Below the pieces are notes generated by a model. The model was not told where the DNA came from, searched no databases, and was given only the letters and a program-made list of their open reading frames with translations. Positions 1 through 11,525 of a stretch of DNA of 64,000 nt are shown here, piece after piece. Location of the stretch: positions 116,376,001 to 116,440,000 of the forward strand of contig NC_086097.1 in assembly GCF_963921235.1 (NCBI RefSeq). Reading direction: 5' to 3'. Source of the stretch: Mobula hypostoma (lineage: Eukaryota). The position numbers were made by a program, and so were the translations under genes. The stretch's first letter is position 1; the number at the start of each line of letters is the position of its first letter.

Positions 1-639
1 AGAAGCATTCAGGTCTGGCAACCAAGTGAAATGCAAGAGATCTAGGTATGAACACCAGAAAGCCATTTCATGTGCAAAGTGGCAATTCCAGACCACACAT
101 GAATCACTCAAGGATGGCTGCCCGCTGTGAGAGGGCGAGAATGTTATCACCTCCCACAAAGTGAAACCAAGCAACACAGATAACAACAAGGCTTTCGCAC
201 CCGGATGAGCTCAATTCATTTTATGCTCACTTTGGCCATCAAAAGTCGGAGGCACCTTCACAAACTCCCACAGCCCCCAATAATCCTGTAATTTCAGTCT
301 CTGAGACTGACGTGGGAGCATCCCACAGTGGGGAGAACCCATGGAAAGCATCCAATCCAGACAGGGCACTTGTCCGGGTATTAAAGACCTGTGCTGATCA
401 ATTAGCTGGAGTGTTCACCGATATTTTTAACCTCCCGCTTCAGCAGTTTGAGGTACCCACCTGCTTCAAGCAGACTTCAATTATGCCAGTACCTAAGAAG
501 AACGTGGTAATCTGCCTCAATGACGATCATCCAACCGCTCTGCGATGAAGTGATTTTTCAGCCTAGTGATGAAACATATGAACTCCTCCCTGAGAAGCGA
601 CTTGAATCCGCTGCAATTTGCCTACCATCACAACAGGTC

Positions 640-2350
640 AAGTTCAAGTTCAAAGTTAATTGTCTTCCAACCATACATGAATACCCATGAATACAGCCAA
701 ACGAAACAGCGTTAATCTGGGGCAAAGGTGCAAAAACACAGTACCAATAGTCATGCACAGCAGAAAGCATATATAGCACATATAAATGTAGCCAGGTGAC
801 TGTTGAATATTATTTATTGTTAAAAATTCACTTATATATTCACCCTGGTAATGCTAAAATAGCTGCCTGTACCTTTAAGAGGAAACAGTGAGGTCATTAT
901 GCATGTGTAGAGTAGAAAATAAGAGAGACAATGTTCTAGAAAGCATATGGAGTGCTGAGAGCTGCTTTTCCCAGGTGTGCTGATTGTATGGTCAGTAAAG
1001 GTGAATAATATTCAATAATATTCATGTAGATTCGATTATACTTGCATGTAAACCAAGAATATTGATAATTTGACATGTGGATGATCTAGGTTTTCACGAG
1101 CAAGGTGTTGGCGTTGGATAGCGTGGTTGTGCGCGTTCCTAATCAGCCTAGTTGGTTAGTCTTTCTAGTAATTTGACTACAAGGCAATATATTGTAAAAG
1201 TTTTATGAAGGTTTATTTTTGTCTTACTTTATTGTTTCATGACTGAATGTGAGTGTAACGGAGTAATGTGAATGTGTTAATCTCTGTTCACATAATGTGA
1301 GCGAGGAATACTCATCTCAGGGTCTAGTCTATACGAGTTTGGAAGTTAAGCACGTGTGTGCCGACATGAGTATATCTCTTAGTAAAGATGAGATGTTTTT
1401 ATTCATATTTGGGATGTTGTGTACAAGGTACAGGTTTGGGGGATTCTAATGTTGTTTGTATTGTTCTATTTGGAATTGTCACTACTGTATTGGTTTAGTA
1501 TATTTTGCTTTATTTATTTTCATACTGCATATGTAACTAGTTGATACACAAGTGCGTGGGCCAAATTTAAGCTGAGATTGTAACAGCAGGAACTGCTTTT
1601 GTTTAACTCATTTTGTTGTTTTTATTTTGATGCCCTCTTTCTGCATTAAAACATCTAAAAACAGATAAAGGAATTAAAGACCCAAAAAAGCATTTGTTGC
1701 CCTGAGTGTTTTTTTTTTCCCCCGGGCTACAAAGTGAGACATCAAGCACATATAAAACAGGACTAAAATACAGTCACACAAAAAATAGTCCAATTACAAG
1801 TCCATGAATGTTGCAGCAGTCTGCAGTTGAACACAATACAGCTTGTCTTCTGCCAAGCGACCACTGGGGGCAGCAATGACTCCAGTATGGACGCCATAAT
1901 ACACCGCATCCAGCACTCCAGTGGAGCACCTAACTTCAAAGTCTCCTCCGGGTGGCTGCAAACAGGCGCCACCATGGCTTGACGCCTAGTTCTCGAGACA
2001 TCCAAGGTCATGCAGCTTCCCCGGGCACTCACCAATAAACCAATGAATTGGACTTGCAGCATTCTGCACCACTAATGCCTTGCATTCACAAGTAAAGCAA
2101 CTAAGATAATCAGTCACCATTAGACTGCACACTGTATTTGTGCATCAACAGCTCTCTGATGTAGGCAACAGCATGATCCAGTTCATTCAGGTTCTTCGCC
2201 AATGCGCTACTCGCTGATGGGGTTAACCTGCAGTACTTAATGACAAGCAAGGTTGTGCAGTTGTAAAAACATATGGTAGAAACGACAATAACACCTTTGA
2301 TTGATCCTGTAGGAGTCAGTGAAATTTAACACACCCCCATCTTATCAGAA
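640..2350 (-). mobile_element. Non-autonomous LINE-tailed element (family A), itself split by a solo LTR at 787-1731
   Basis: 640-786 plus 1732-2350 is colinear with 26461-27237; (TTGAAC)n-like tail at the left end and CTTCTGATAAGATGG 5' end at the right end on the minus strand. Confidence 0.7.
787..1731. mobile_element. Probable solo LTR (TG...CA)
   Basis: Starts TGTAGCCAGG and ends CCGGGCTACA (9/10 inverted match); interrupts family A; ATTAAA near the right end; no clean TSD. Confidence 0.6.
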
Positions 2351-3039
2351 GTCAAGAGGAGATTCCATTTCATTGGCTCTTCACTCAACCCTGGAACATC
2401 TGCACAGTGAAGGTGCAAACATCAGGAAACTCTTCATTGACTACAGCTTGGCATTGAATACTATCATCCCCTCAAAACTAATCAATAAGCTTCAAGACCT
2501 CCTTGAGCAACTGGATCCTCAATTTCCTCACTTGAAGATCCCAGTCAGTTCAGATTGGCAACAACATCTCCTCCACGATCTCCATCAGCACAGGTGCAAG
2601 GCTGTTGCTTACCCCACTGCTCTGCTCACTTTACACATGACTGTGTGGCTAAACCCAGCTCCAATGCCATATTTAAGTTTGCTGAGGAAACCCACTGGCA
2701 GTGGCCGAATCAAATGTGGTGAGGTATCAGTATGTAAGAGGGAAACTGAAAATCTAGCTGAGTGGTGTCACAACAACCACCTCTCATTCAATGTCAGCAA
2801 GACCAAGGAGCTGATTATTGACTTCAGGAGGGGAAAACCGGAGGTCCATGAACCAGTCCTCATCAGGGGATCAGAGGTGGAGAGGGTCAGCAACTTTAAA
2901 TTCCTCACTGTTATCATTTCAGAGGACCTGTTCCAGCAAGTAAGTGCCATTTTGAAGAAAGCACAGCAGTGCCTCTACATTCTTAGAAGTTTGCGAATAT
3001 TCAGCATGTCATCTAAATCTTTTGACAAACTTCTGTTGA

Positions 3040-3146
3040 CCAACACACACAAAATGCTGGAGGAACAGCAAGCTGAGCAGCATCCATGGAAAAAAGTGCA
3101 ATCAACGTTTTGGATTTCCGGCATCTGCAGATCTTCTCTTGTTTGT
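3040..3146. mobile_element. Short 5'-inverted Penelope-like (PLE) terminal fragment with 14-bp TSD
   Basis: TSD CAAACTTCTGTTGA at 3026-3039 and 3147-3160; the left part is the inverted pLTR end and the right part is the forward PLE tail (GGATTTCCGGCATCTGCAGA...TGTTTG). Confidence 0.8.
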
Positions 3147-3569
3147 CAAACTTCTGTTGATGTGTGCTGGAAAGTATACCTCTGGTTGCATCGTGACCTG
3201 GTATGGAAACACCATTGCCCTTGAATGGAAAATCCTACAAAAAGTAGTGGATACAGCCCAGTACATCAAGGGTAGAGCACATCTATATGAAGTGCTGTTG
3301 CAGGAAAGCAGCATTCATCATCACGGGCCCTCAAGATCCAGGCCATGCTCTCTCCTCACAGCTGCCATCAGGAAGAATGTACAGGAGACTCAGGATCTAC
3401 ACTACCAGGTTCAGGAACAGTTATTACCCCTCAACAATCAGGCTCTTGAACTAGACAGGATAATTTCACTCAATTTCACTTGCCCCATCGCTGAACAGTT
3501 CCCATAAACTATGGACTCACTTTCAAGGACTGTACTTTCAAGGACTCTTCATCACATGTTCTCCATAGT

Positions 3570-3885
3570 AATTAGTTGACCATCAATGTTGCATTCTAAC
3601 TGGCTAGATATGCAAGCCTGGAAAGTACAATATGGAGAGCAAGATGTTGCCCACGTAGCAAGCTCCCCCTCTTCATGCATCTGATGAAGCCAAAGGAATG
3701 GCAAAGACCGACACAGTTTGGCACCAGCAGCAGTTTTCAGTCAGTGTTGAACCCAGGCTAGGACAGCTTTAGGGACTCCAGCTCTGGAGTTTTCCCTTGT
3801 GATTTACCCCCAAAGACTTCCCCATGAGTTGGTTTAGCCACAAGTTAGCAGAGGTTTGAGATCAGAGTTTTCCTTCTCCTAGATT
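3570..3885 (-). mobile_element. RTE-derived non-autonomous repeat fragment
   Basis: Reverse-complement similarity to 58500-58738 plus 60116-60190; RTE assignment is from resemblance to RTE 5' UTRs. Confidence 0.45.
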
Positions 3886-3904
3886 AGCTGAGTTGTATAT
3901 CGAA

Positions 3905-5064
3905 CTGGGGAAGAAATGTGATCTAAGTGACTTTAACCATGAAATGATTGTTGATGGCAGATGGAATGGTTTTAGTATTTCAAGGCTGATTTCTACTTGT
4001 GTGTTAAATGTACACCGTAGGTACAGCGTAGCCGCGAACTCTACGCTGTATCTATGCTGAACCCTACGCCGTAGCCTAATGCCCACCTCTCCCAAAATGT
4101 AGCTACGCATTGCGGCATCGCAGACCGCGACAACTGTGATCGGTCCGCTTGGTAGCATCACATTTCCTCCTACACTGCAATAGCTTCTCATTGGGCGACT
4201 GAAGGGCAGGGAAGGAACTCTGGCTGCAATGCTTTCCATAAAGCTTTACAGACCTCCGAAATTATGGAGGACCCTGTGCTTGATGCCAGTTTGTAGCTAG
4301 CTGCTACAGCCTGTTGACTTCCACCAACTCGAATGGTGATTGCCAGTCTCTGAGTATACTGTGCGTACACTGATGCAAAATAAATGGTTGGAGACGATGA
4401 CCCAAATCGTCAAATCTACCTGCCAACATCCGAAAATATTTGAAATACATTTCCTTGTCCATATCTCTCAGTCGCCGGACAAGCACAGAAAATTCACCCT
4501 CCTTCAGTTTCAGTCGCCATTGTTTGAAGTTTGAGTTTCTTTGTGTTGAGTTTCAACATGAAGAAACTCAACACAGTGGCATAGAAACCCCACCGCCAAC
4601 TAGCGTTTTGGCGGTGAATTGCAGAGCGACGCAGACACACCAACACACAAGTATAAATGCTCACAATGGCGTAGCCCACTTGCGAAGGCTACGGTGTAAG
4701 CTAGTACGCCCAAGTATAAATCAGCCTTCAGAAACAGCTCATCTACTGTGATTGTCATGCAAAGCAGTCTCTAGAGTTTACAGAGAATGGTACAAAAAGT
4801 AAAAACAGTGAGCAGCAGTTTGGTGGGTGAGAAATTGGGTTGCTAATGAGAGAGGATGGGAGAAAAGCCAGATTAGTGGAAATTGACAGAAACTAACTGA
4901 AATAACCACATATTACAATAATGGTGTGCAGATGAACATCTCTGAAAGCACAACATGTTGAACCTTGAAGTGGATGGGTACAGCAGCAGAAGACCATGAA
5001 CATCCACTTAGTGATCATTTTATTAGGTACAGGAGGTACTAAACAAATTGGCCACTAAGTGTAT
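3905..5064 (+). mobile_element. Tc1-like non-autonomous transposon remnant (host of the Harbinger insertion)
   Basis: GAAATGTGATCTAAGTGACTT...GCAGCAGAAGACCA shared with 13944-14365 and 41705-42120; ends in TIR GGCCACTAAGTG followed by TA. Confidence 0.75.
3983..4727 (-). mobile_element. Internally deleted PIF/Harbinger DNA transposon
   Basis: 17-bp TIRs AGGCTGATTT(C/A)TACTTG; 3-bp TSD TCA (3980-3982 and 4728-4730); minus-strand peptides [24 protein letters not shown] and [22 protein letters not shown] resemble the Harbinger transposase N-terminus; CpG-rich. Confidence 0.88.
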
Positions 5065-5854
5065 ATTTCATTTTCAATAACCAGCTCTATAAAATAGTCT
5101 GTTATTATCACTCCTTTACATTGCAACCATATTCTTTGCCTGACTATTAACAATATATTATTGGCATCAGAGGTAGTATATTTCATTGAAGTCTGACCAG
5201 TGAGGCTCTGCTCAGTGCTCAGGATGAAACAAATGTATGCTGCAAAGCAGCAGAATTTCAGCTGTCACACTTGCATGCCACAATCTCATTGTTACATCTG
5301 CAGATGTATCAAGCAAAAGATTTCAAAATCTACCACACTGACATTTGGCACACATGCTTCCATCTATTTCCCCGAAATCCAAATTGAATTTTATCAACTC
5401 TGGATTGTGGGAGAGTAAGGTGTCAGCAGCGTTCACTGACACCTGGTTATCAAAGTAGAGAGCTGGTTATGTTGTCTCAAGGGAAGTGTGAATGCCTTGC
5501 AGCAGGAGAGTGCTTGGAATCTATAACGGTGTAGATAAATGTGAAAGCAAACACTCTGTCTATCATGATGCTGACTCAGTGAAGTAAGGTCTCATTGAAA
5601 CTGAATGCTGCCATTAATCTGGTAAATGTAGACTGCATGATAATCCCAACCTTCAAAAAGAAATCTTTCCTGACTGACAAACCCAATTCCCTGTTTCAAT
5701 TTCTCCCGACTAGCTCCCAAAAAAGCTCAGCGACCTGACTCAATGTCAAATAAATCTATATTGAAAGATAGCTGCAACACAGGTTCTCTGCTGCTGGATT
5801 CCAATGGATTTTAACTGAAACTAGGTTATAAGTAAGGCTGTGTACTGGTTATGT

Positions 5855-6095
5855 GATATAGCCTAGCGGTTAGTGTAACATTATTAGTTTTCTTGACACA
5901 GGTTCAATCCCTACCGCTGTCTGTACGTTCACACCGTTATTGCATGGATTTCCTCCAGGTGTTCCGGTTTCCTCCCAGATGCCAAAGACGTGCGGGTTGG
6001 TAGGTTAACTGAACACACAGTGTTAATGGATGTCACGGGCTCATTGGCTCAGAAGGGCCTGTTAGTTGCTGCATCTCTAAATAAATAAACAAACA
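5855..6095 (+). mobile_element. tRNA-derived SINE (HE1/V-SINE type)
   Basis: A/B-box-like head (TAGCGGTTAG..GGTTCAATCCC), central GGATTTCCTCCAGGTGTTCCGGTTTCCTCCCA domain, A-rich tail. Confidence 0.75.
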
Positions 6096-6499
6096 AAAAA
6101 ACAAAAGGTAGCTCAGGTTCCATCGTGGGTCATGGTGTTACGTTGAACCTTGACAAAATACTGGTTAGGCCAAAAATGGAACCCTCTGCCAAATTCTGGT
6201 CCCCGCTCTGTCACCAGATTTGAAGGCCAAGGCAAGAGTGCAGAAAAGACTGACTAGTGTGTTTGTAGGGATGAATGCAACGCTGTTTACTATTGTAAAG
6301 AGTTACTAAGATAGCTTTCATTAGGGGAGAGAGGGCTGAGAGAAGATGTAGAAAAGAAATGTCCAAGACAGAATAGATGGAGAGAAGGTGTGCCTGTTGG
6401 TGAGGGGATTGTAAATGAGATTATTACAGAAGAAACAGACAAAAAAATGGAAATCACAGTGAATAAGTGATTTCCTATGGTTAATTCAGATGCTTTACA

Positions 6500-6750
6500 G
6501 GTAGACCATAAGACCGTAAGACATAGGAGCGGAATTAGGCCATCTGCCCATTGAGTCTGCTCCGCCATTCAATCATGGCTGATCTTTCTTTCTATCTCCT
6601 CCTCAACCCCAGTTCCCAGCCTTCTCCCCGTAACCTTTCATGTAATGCAAACAAGAACATATCAATCTCTGCCTTAGATACACCCAACGACTTGGCCTCC
6701 ACAGCTGCATGTGGCACAAATTCCACAAGTTCACCACCCTTTGGCTAAAG
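6500..6750 (-). mobile_element. CR1 LINE 3' end fragment
   Basis: FSQRVVNLWN motif and (CTTATGGT)-type tail. Confidence 0.75.
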
Positions 6751-6769
6751 GGTAGTTTGTCTTGACGTA

Positions 6770-7095
6770 ACCACATAGATCCCACAGCCAAAAAAGCTCT
6801 TCTTCCCCAGGAGTCTACAGAAATTTATAGGTCTCCTTTGGCCCTTATTGTTTTTTATTGACACACCAGAGAAACTGTCCTACCTGGAGGCATCATGGTT
6901 TGGTATGGCAACTGCTCTGCCCATGAACACAAGTAACTGCAGAGAATTGTGGACACAGCTCAGCATATCACAGAAACGAGTCTCCCCTCCATAAACTGTC
7001 TCTAATTTTTGCTGCCTAGGTGAAGCAGCCAGCATAAAAAAAGAACTCACCCATCCCAGATATTCTCTCTTCTACCTCCTCCCATTGGGCACAAA
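6770..7095 (+). mobile_element. Rex1/Babar 3' fragment
   Basis: TGGTATGGCAACTGCTCTGCC...CTGCAGAGAATTGTGGACACAGCTCAGC motif. Confidence 0.65.
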
Positions 7096-7219
7096 TAATG
7101 GGTGTGTGGAGATGAAAGTACTTGTTAGGCATCTCACCTTCTTGTCCTGTACCTAATTTTAAGGTTAAATCTGGTTTCTACAAATATACAGGTACATTAC
7201 AGGCTGGTCAATGAAGTTA

Positions 7220-8025
7220 TAGTTTACGTCCTATATTTTGAGTCAGTCTTCACTATGGAAGACACTGGCAGCATTTTTAGAAAAATGGGGCAGAAATGAA
7301 TTTAATTGCTATAAGAAAGGAGAAGATGCTTTGGAAGGTGAAAGGTCTCAAGGTGGATAAGTCACCTGGACCAGATGGACTACGTCCCAAGTTTCTGCTA
7401 GAGGTAGCTGAAGAGATTGTGGAGTCATTACTAATAATCTTCCAAGAATCATTAGATTCTTGAACGGTTCCAATAGGATAGAAAATTGCAAATGTCACTC
7501 CACCCTTTAAGAACAGAGAGGGGCAAAAGACAGGAAATTATATGTCAGTTAACCCCTGACCTTGGTGGTTAACAAGATGTTAGCGTCCACTATTAAGGAT
7601 GATGTTTTAAGGTATTTGATGGCACATGATAAAATAGGCAAAAGTCAGCATGGTTTCCTTGAGGGGAAATCTTGCCTGACAAATCTGTAAGAATTTTTGA
7701 GGAAATAATAGACAAGATAGACAAATGAGAGTAAGTGGATGCCATTTACCTGGATTTTCAGAAGGTCCTTACAAAGAGCCACATGAGGTTGATAAACAAG
7801 AGCCCATGGCATTAAAGGAAAAGTACCAGCATGGACAGAAGATTGCCTGATTGGCAGAAGACAAAGAAAGGGAATAAACAAGCCTTTTATGGCTGGCTGC
7901 CGGAGACTAGTGATGTTCTGCAGGGGTCGGTATTGGATTCACTACTTTTCATGTTATATATTAATGATTTGGGTGATGGAATTAATGGCTTTGTGGTCAA
8001 GTTTGCAGATGATACAAAGTTGGGT
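7220..8025 (+). mobile_element. Degraded CR1 RT fragment
   Basis: KVDKSPGPDG, QHGF, YLDFQK and QGSVL...YINDL...KFADDTKLG motifs. Confidence 0.85.
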
Positions 8026-8631
8026 GATTGATTATTGACTGCAAGTCCACCTTCAATACTATAATTCCAAGCAAACTCATCTCCAAACTCCTAGACCTAG
8101 GGCTCGACACCCCTGTTTGCAACTGGATCCTTGATGTCCTGACCAACAAACCATAGTAAGTAAGGATAGGCAGCAACATCTCCACCACAATTATTGTCAT
8201 CACTGCTACTCCATGAGGCTACATCCTCAACTTCTTATTCTACTCTCTATGTACTCAGGATAGTGGGCCAAATTGTGCTCTGACTACATAAACAAGTTTG
8301 CAGATGACACCACGGTAGTGGGCAAATCTCAGATAACAATGAGTTGCAGTCCTGCAAGGAAAGTTGAGTGAAATAGCATCATGGCAACAACCTTTTCCTC
8401 AATTTCAACAAAACATAAAAGCTGGTCATTGACTTCAGGAAGGGGTGAGGTAGTGCGCATGGTCCTGCTTACATCAACAGAGATGAGGTAGAGTGGGTTG
8501 AGAGCTTCAAGTTCCCAGTTCCCAGAACATCACCAATGGCCTGTCCTGCTCCAATCACATTGATACCACAGCCAAGCAAACTCACCAGTAACTCAACTTC
8601 CTCTGATGGCTGAAGTAATTAAGTATGTTCC

Positions 8632-8720
8632 TGTCATGGTCCCTTCTGGCAATCCCCCACCTTGCCATTTGCCTCAAGATTTGGGCCTCGATCACCTCAT
8701 TTAGATTCCAATCATTCCCA
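8632..8720 (+). repeat. Truncated 5' LTR of the Gypsy element
   Basis: 89 bp matching 11651-11739 with about 3 mismatches, then fused directly to the protease region. Confidence 0.9.
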
Positions 8721-9342
8721 CCCCCCTGGAGGCCTGGGCTTTGGACGGAAAGCTGCTGGCTCGGATGACCCACCGTACGCCGCCCCTGACCTTGATCCAA
8801 TCCAGCAACCATCGGGAGGAGGTAAGATTCAACCTCATTCATTCACCTCAAGCCCCGATAGTTGTAGGGTATCCATGGCTGACCCAACACAATCCCCATA
8901 TCGACTGGTCTATTGGGAGGACAGCAAGATGGAGTTGATCTTGCCATGCCAACTATCTGCGGTCGGCCCCATCCCCCAGAGAGGCTACTGCGACCCTGCC
9001 TGTGTTGGAACCCCTCGACTTGTCCCACATCCCCACAGAGTACCATGACCTGGGACAGGTGTTCAGTAAACAACGGGCCCTTTCCCTGCCTCCGTACCGC
9101 CCATATGATTGTGCTATCGACCTTCTCCCCGGGACCCCGCTACCCACCAGTCGCCTTTTTAACCTATCCTGACTGGAGAGGGAGGCAATGGAGAAATACA
9201 TTAGCGAGTCACTCCTGGCGGGCATTATCAGGTCTTCATCCTCCCCGGTTTCTTTTTCGTAAAAAAGGACGGGACGCTTCACCCTTGTATCGACTACCAA
9301 GGCTTAAATAACATAACAGTTAAGAACGAGTACCCTCTACCA

Positions 9343-9374
9343 CTGAGGAAGGGTCTCGGCCTGAAACGTCGACT
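9343..9374 (+). ncRNA. Minimal type I hammerhead ribozyme motif, 5' strand of stem I missing
   Basis: CTGAGGA-AGG/CCT-GAAAC-GTC-GACT; the upstream AGTC is replaced by Gypsy sequence. Confidence 0.55.
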
Positions 9375-10032
9375 GCACCTCTTCCTAGAGATGCTGCCTG
9401 GCCTGCTGCGTTCACCAGCAACTTTTATGTGTGTTACCCTCTACCACTCATTAGTTCGGCTTTTGAGCCACTGCATGAAGCCACTATCTTTTCGAAGTTG
9501 GACCTTCGCTACGCCTACCATTTAGTCAGGATAAGAGAGGGGAACGAATGGAAGACGGCCTTCAATACACCTCAGGGTCACTTTAAATACTTGGTCATGG
9601 CGTTTGGCCTCACTAATGCTCCCGCCATTTTCCAAACCCTGATCAATGATGTACTGAGGGACTTTATCTAGTCCTGACGAAGGGTCTTGGCCTGAAACGT
9701 CGACTGCACCTCTTCCTAGAGATGCTGCCTGGCCTGCTGCGTTCACCAGCAACTTTTATGTGTGTTACCCTCTACCACTCATTAGTTCGGCTTTTGAGCC
9801 ACTGCATGAAGCCACTATCTTTTCGAAGTTGGACCTTCGCTACGCCTACCATTTAGTCAGGATAAGAGAGGGGAACGAATGGAAGACGGCCTTCAATACA
9901 CCTCAGGGTCACTTTAAATACTTGGTCATGGCGTTTGGCCTCACTAATGCTCCCGCCATTTTCCAAACCCTGATCAATGATGTACTGAGGGACTTTATAT
10001 AGTCCTGACGAAGGGTCTTGGCCTGAAACGTC
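9371..10032 (+). repeat. Tandem duplication of 2 x 331 bp (PLE pLTR end plus Gypsy RT segment)
   Basis: 9371-9701 versus 9702-10032 differ at one position by my reading (9668 C / 9999 A); identical 80-aa ORFs at 9429 and 9760. Confidence 0.95.
9670..9705 (+). ncRNA. Minimal type I hammerhead ribozyme motif (PLE-type)
   Basis: AGTC-CTGACGA-AGG(GTCTTGG)CCT-GAAA-CGTC^GACT: stem I AGTC/GACT, palindromic ACGT stem III, predicted GUC cleavage after 9701. Confidence 0.8.
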
Positions 10033-10036
10033 GACT
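10001..10036 (+). ncRNA. Minimal type I hammerhead ribozyme motif (PLE-type)
   Basis: Same motif as 9670-9705, predicted cleavage after 10032; followed by the full PLE tail to ~10133. Confidence 0.8.
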
Positions 10037-10463
10037 GCACCTCTTCCTAGAGATGCTGCCTGGCCTGCTGCGTTCACCAGCAACTTTGATGTGTGTTGCT
10101 TGAATTTCCAGCATCTGCAGAATTCCTGTTGTTCGTATTTGTTTACCTTGACGACGTCCTAATATTTTCTAGCAGACCCCAAGTACACGTCCGTCAGGTC
10201 CTCCAGAGACTACGGGAAAACCAATTATTTGCTAAGGCGGAGAAATGCGAATTCCAAGTTCCTTCGGTCAGCTTCCTAGGCTATATCATTGAAAGCGGGC
10301 AGGTAAAAGCAGACCCCGACAAGATCCGGGCAGTGGAAGAATGGCCTCGACCCACGACACGTAAACAACTTCAACGGTTCCTGGGGATGTTAAACTTCTA
10401 TCGTAGATTCTTCAGAGAGGTCTCTAAAGTAAAGGAAGCCCAGCGGGTTGACCGACCCGGACA

Positions 10464-11525
10464 ATGGACCCGGCGATCGCCTGTACGTGCCCACCTCCGT
10501 CAGGTCCCAGGTTCTCCAATGGAGACACATCCCGGTTCGCCTGCCAACCCAAAAGTGATCGGACCCTGGCTCTCCTGAGGAAGCACTTTTGGTGGCCGTC
10601 CATGGAGGGACACACCCGTTTTATGTCTCAGCTTGATCCATCTGCCCGGGGAAAGGTCTCTCATGGACCACCTGCGGGACTACTTCGTCCTCTACCTGTC
10701 CCTGGTCGTCCCTGTTCACACATCGCCTTAGACTTCGTCACCGGTCTATCCCCTTCCCGCGGAGACCGATTATCTAAGGCGGTGCACTTTGTGGCCCTCC
10801 CTAAACCTCCTTCCTCTCAGGAAACCACAGATCTTCTCGTCCACCACGTCGTCCGCCTCCACGGAATCCCCGCGGACATCGTCTCCGATCGAGGTCCCCA
10901 GTTTGTCTCGCAAGTATGGAAGGCCTTCTGCCAAGCCTTGGGCGCATCGGTCAGCCTGTCTTCCGGCTTCCACCCCCAGACGAACGGGCAGACGGAACGG
11001 GCAAACCAAGACCTGGAGGCGACGCTTCGTTGTGTAACGGCAAACAACCCATCGACCTGGAGCGACCACCTCCCGTGGGTTGAGTACGCCCATAACTCTC
11101 TGGTGAGCTCTGCCATTGGGAGGTCTCCGTTCGAGTGCTCCGTTGGGTATCAACCCTCGCTGTTTCCCGCGCAAGAAGAGATTGCAGTACCGTCGGTTCA
11201 GGACCATATTAATCGGTGCCTTAAGATTTGGGAGGAGACGCGCACGGCCCTACTGAAATCAAATCGAAATAAGAAGACAGCCGACCGACACCGCATCCCG
11301 GCGCGGGAGTACCAACCTGGACAGATGGTGTGGCTGGCCTCCAAGGACATCCGGCTCAAGAACAAACATAGAAAACTCTCCCCTCGCTTCCTGGGACCAC
11401 TCAAGGTGGAAAGGGTAATCAATCCCACAGTGGTCTGCCTGAAGCTGCCTAGATCCATGCGCATCCACCCAACCTTTCATGTGTCTCAGTTAAAACCAGT
11501 TTCTGGTAGACTGAGAAGGGTATGA
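10464..11525 (+). pseudogene. Gypsy integrase (rve) remnant ORF
   Basis: 353-aa ORF with the DDE core motifs; small internal deletions. Confidence 0.9.

Larger units (their letters stand above)
1..3560 (+). mobile_element. Degraded Rex1/Babar-type non-LTR retrotransposon (RT), interrupted by insertions at ~640-2350 and 3040-3146
   Basis: ORF 312-548 (LKTCADQLAGVFTDIFNL...PTCFKQTSIMPVPKK) and ORFs 2319-3224/3139-3507 ([44 protein letters not shown]) match the Rex1/Babar RT; RT sequence breaks at ~640 and resumes at ~2350. Confidence 0.85.

Noticed and set aside
2319..3224. 301-aa ORF as a functional gene
   Set aside because: Frame-shifting mosaic of family A end, Rex1 RT and PLE insert
5855..5920. 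tRNA gene
   Set aside because: Decayed tRNA-derived SINE head; no cloverleaf
9429..10002. Two identical 80-aa ORFs as duplicated host genes
   Set aside because: They are Gypsy RT fragments with an ATG supplied by the PLE insert and lack the YLDD motif
9343..10133. CRISPR-like repeat-spacer array
   Set aside because: Eukaryotic context, ~90-bp repeats are PLE ends, the 'spacers' are identical Gypsy RT sequence, and there are no cas genes
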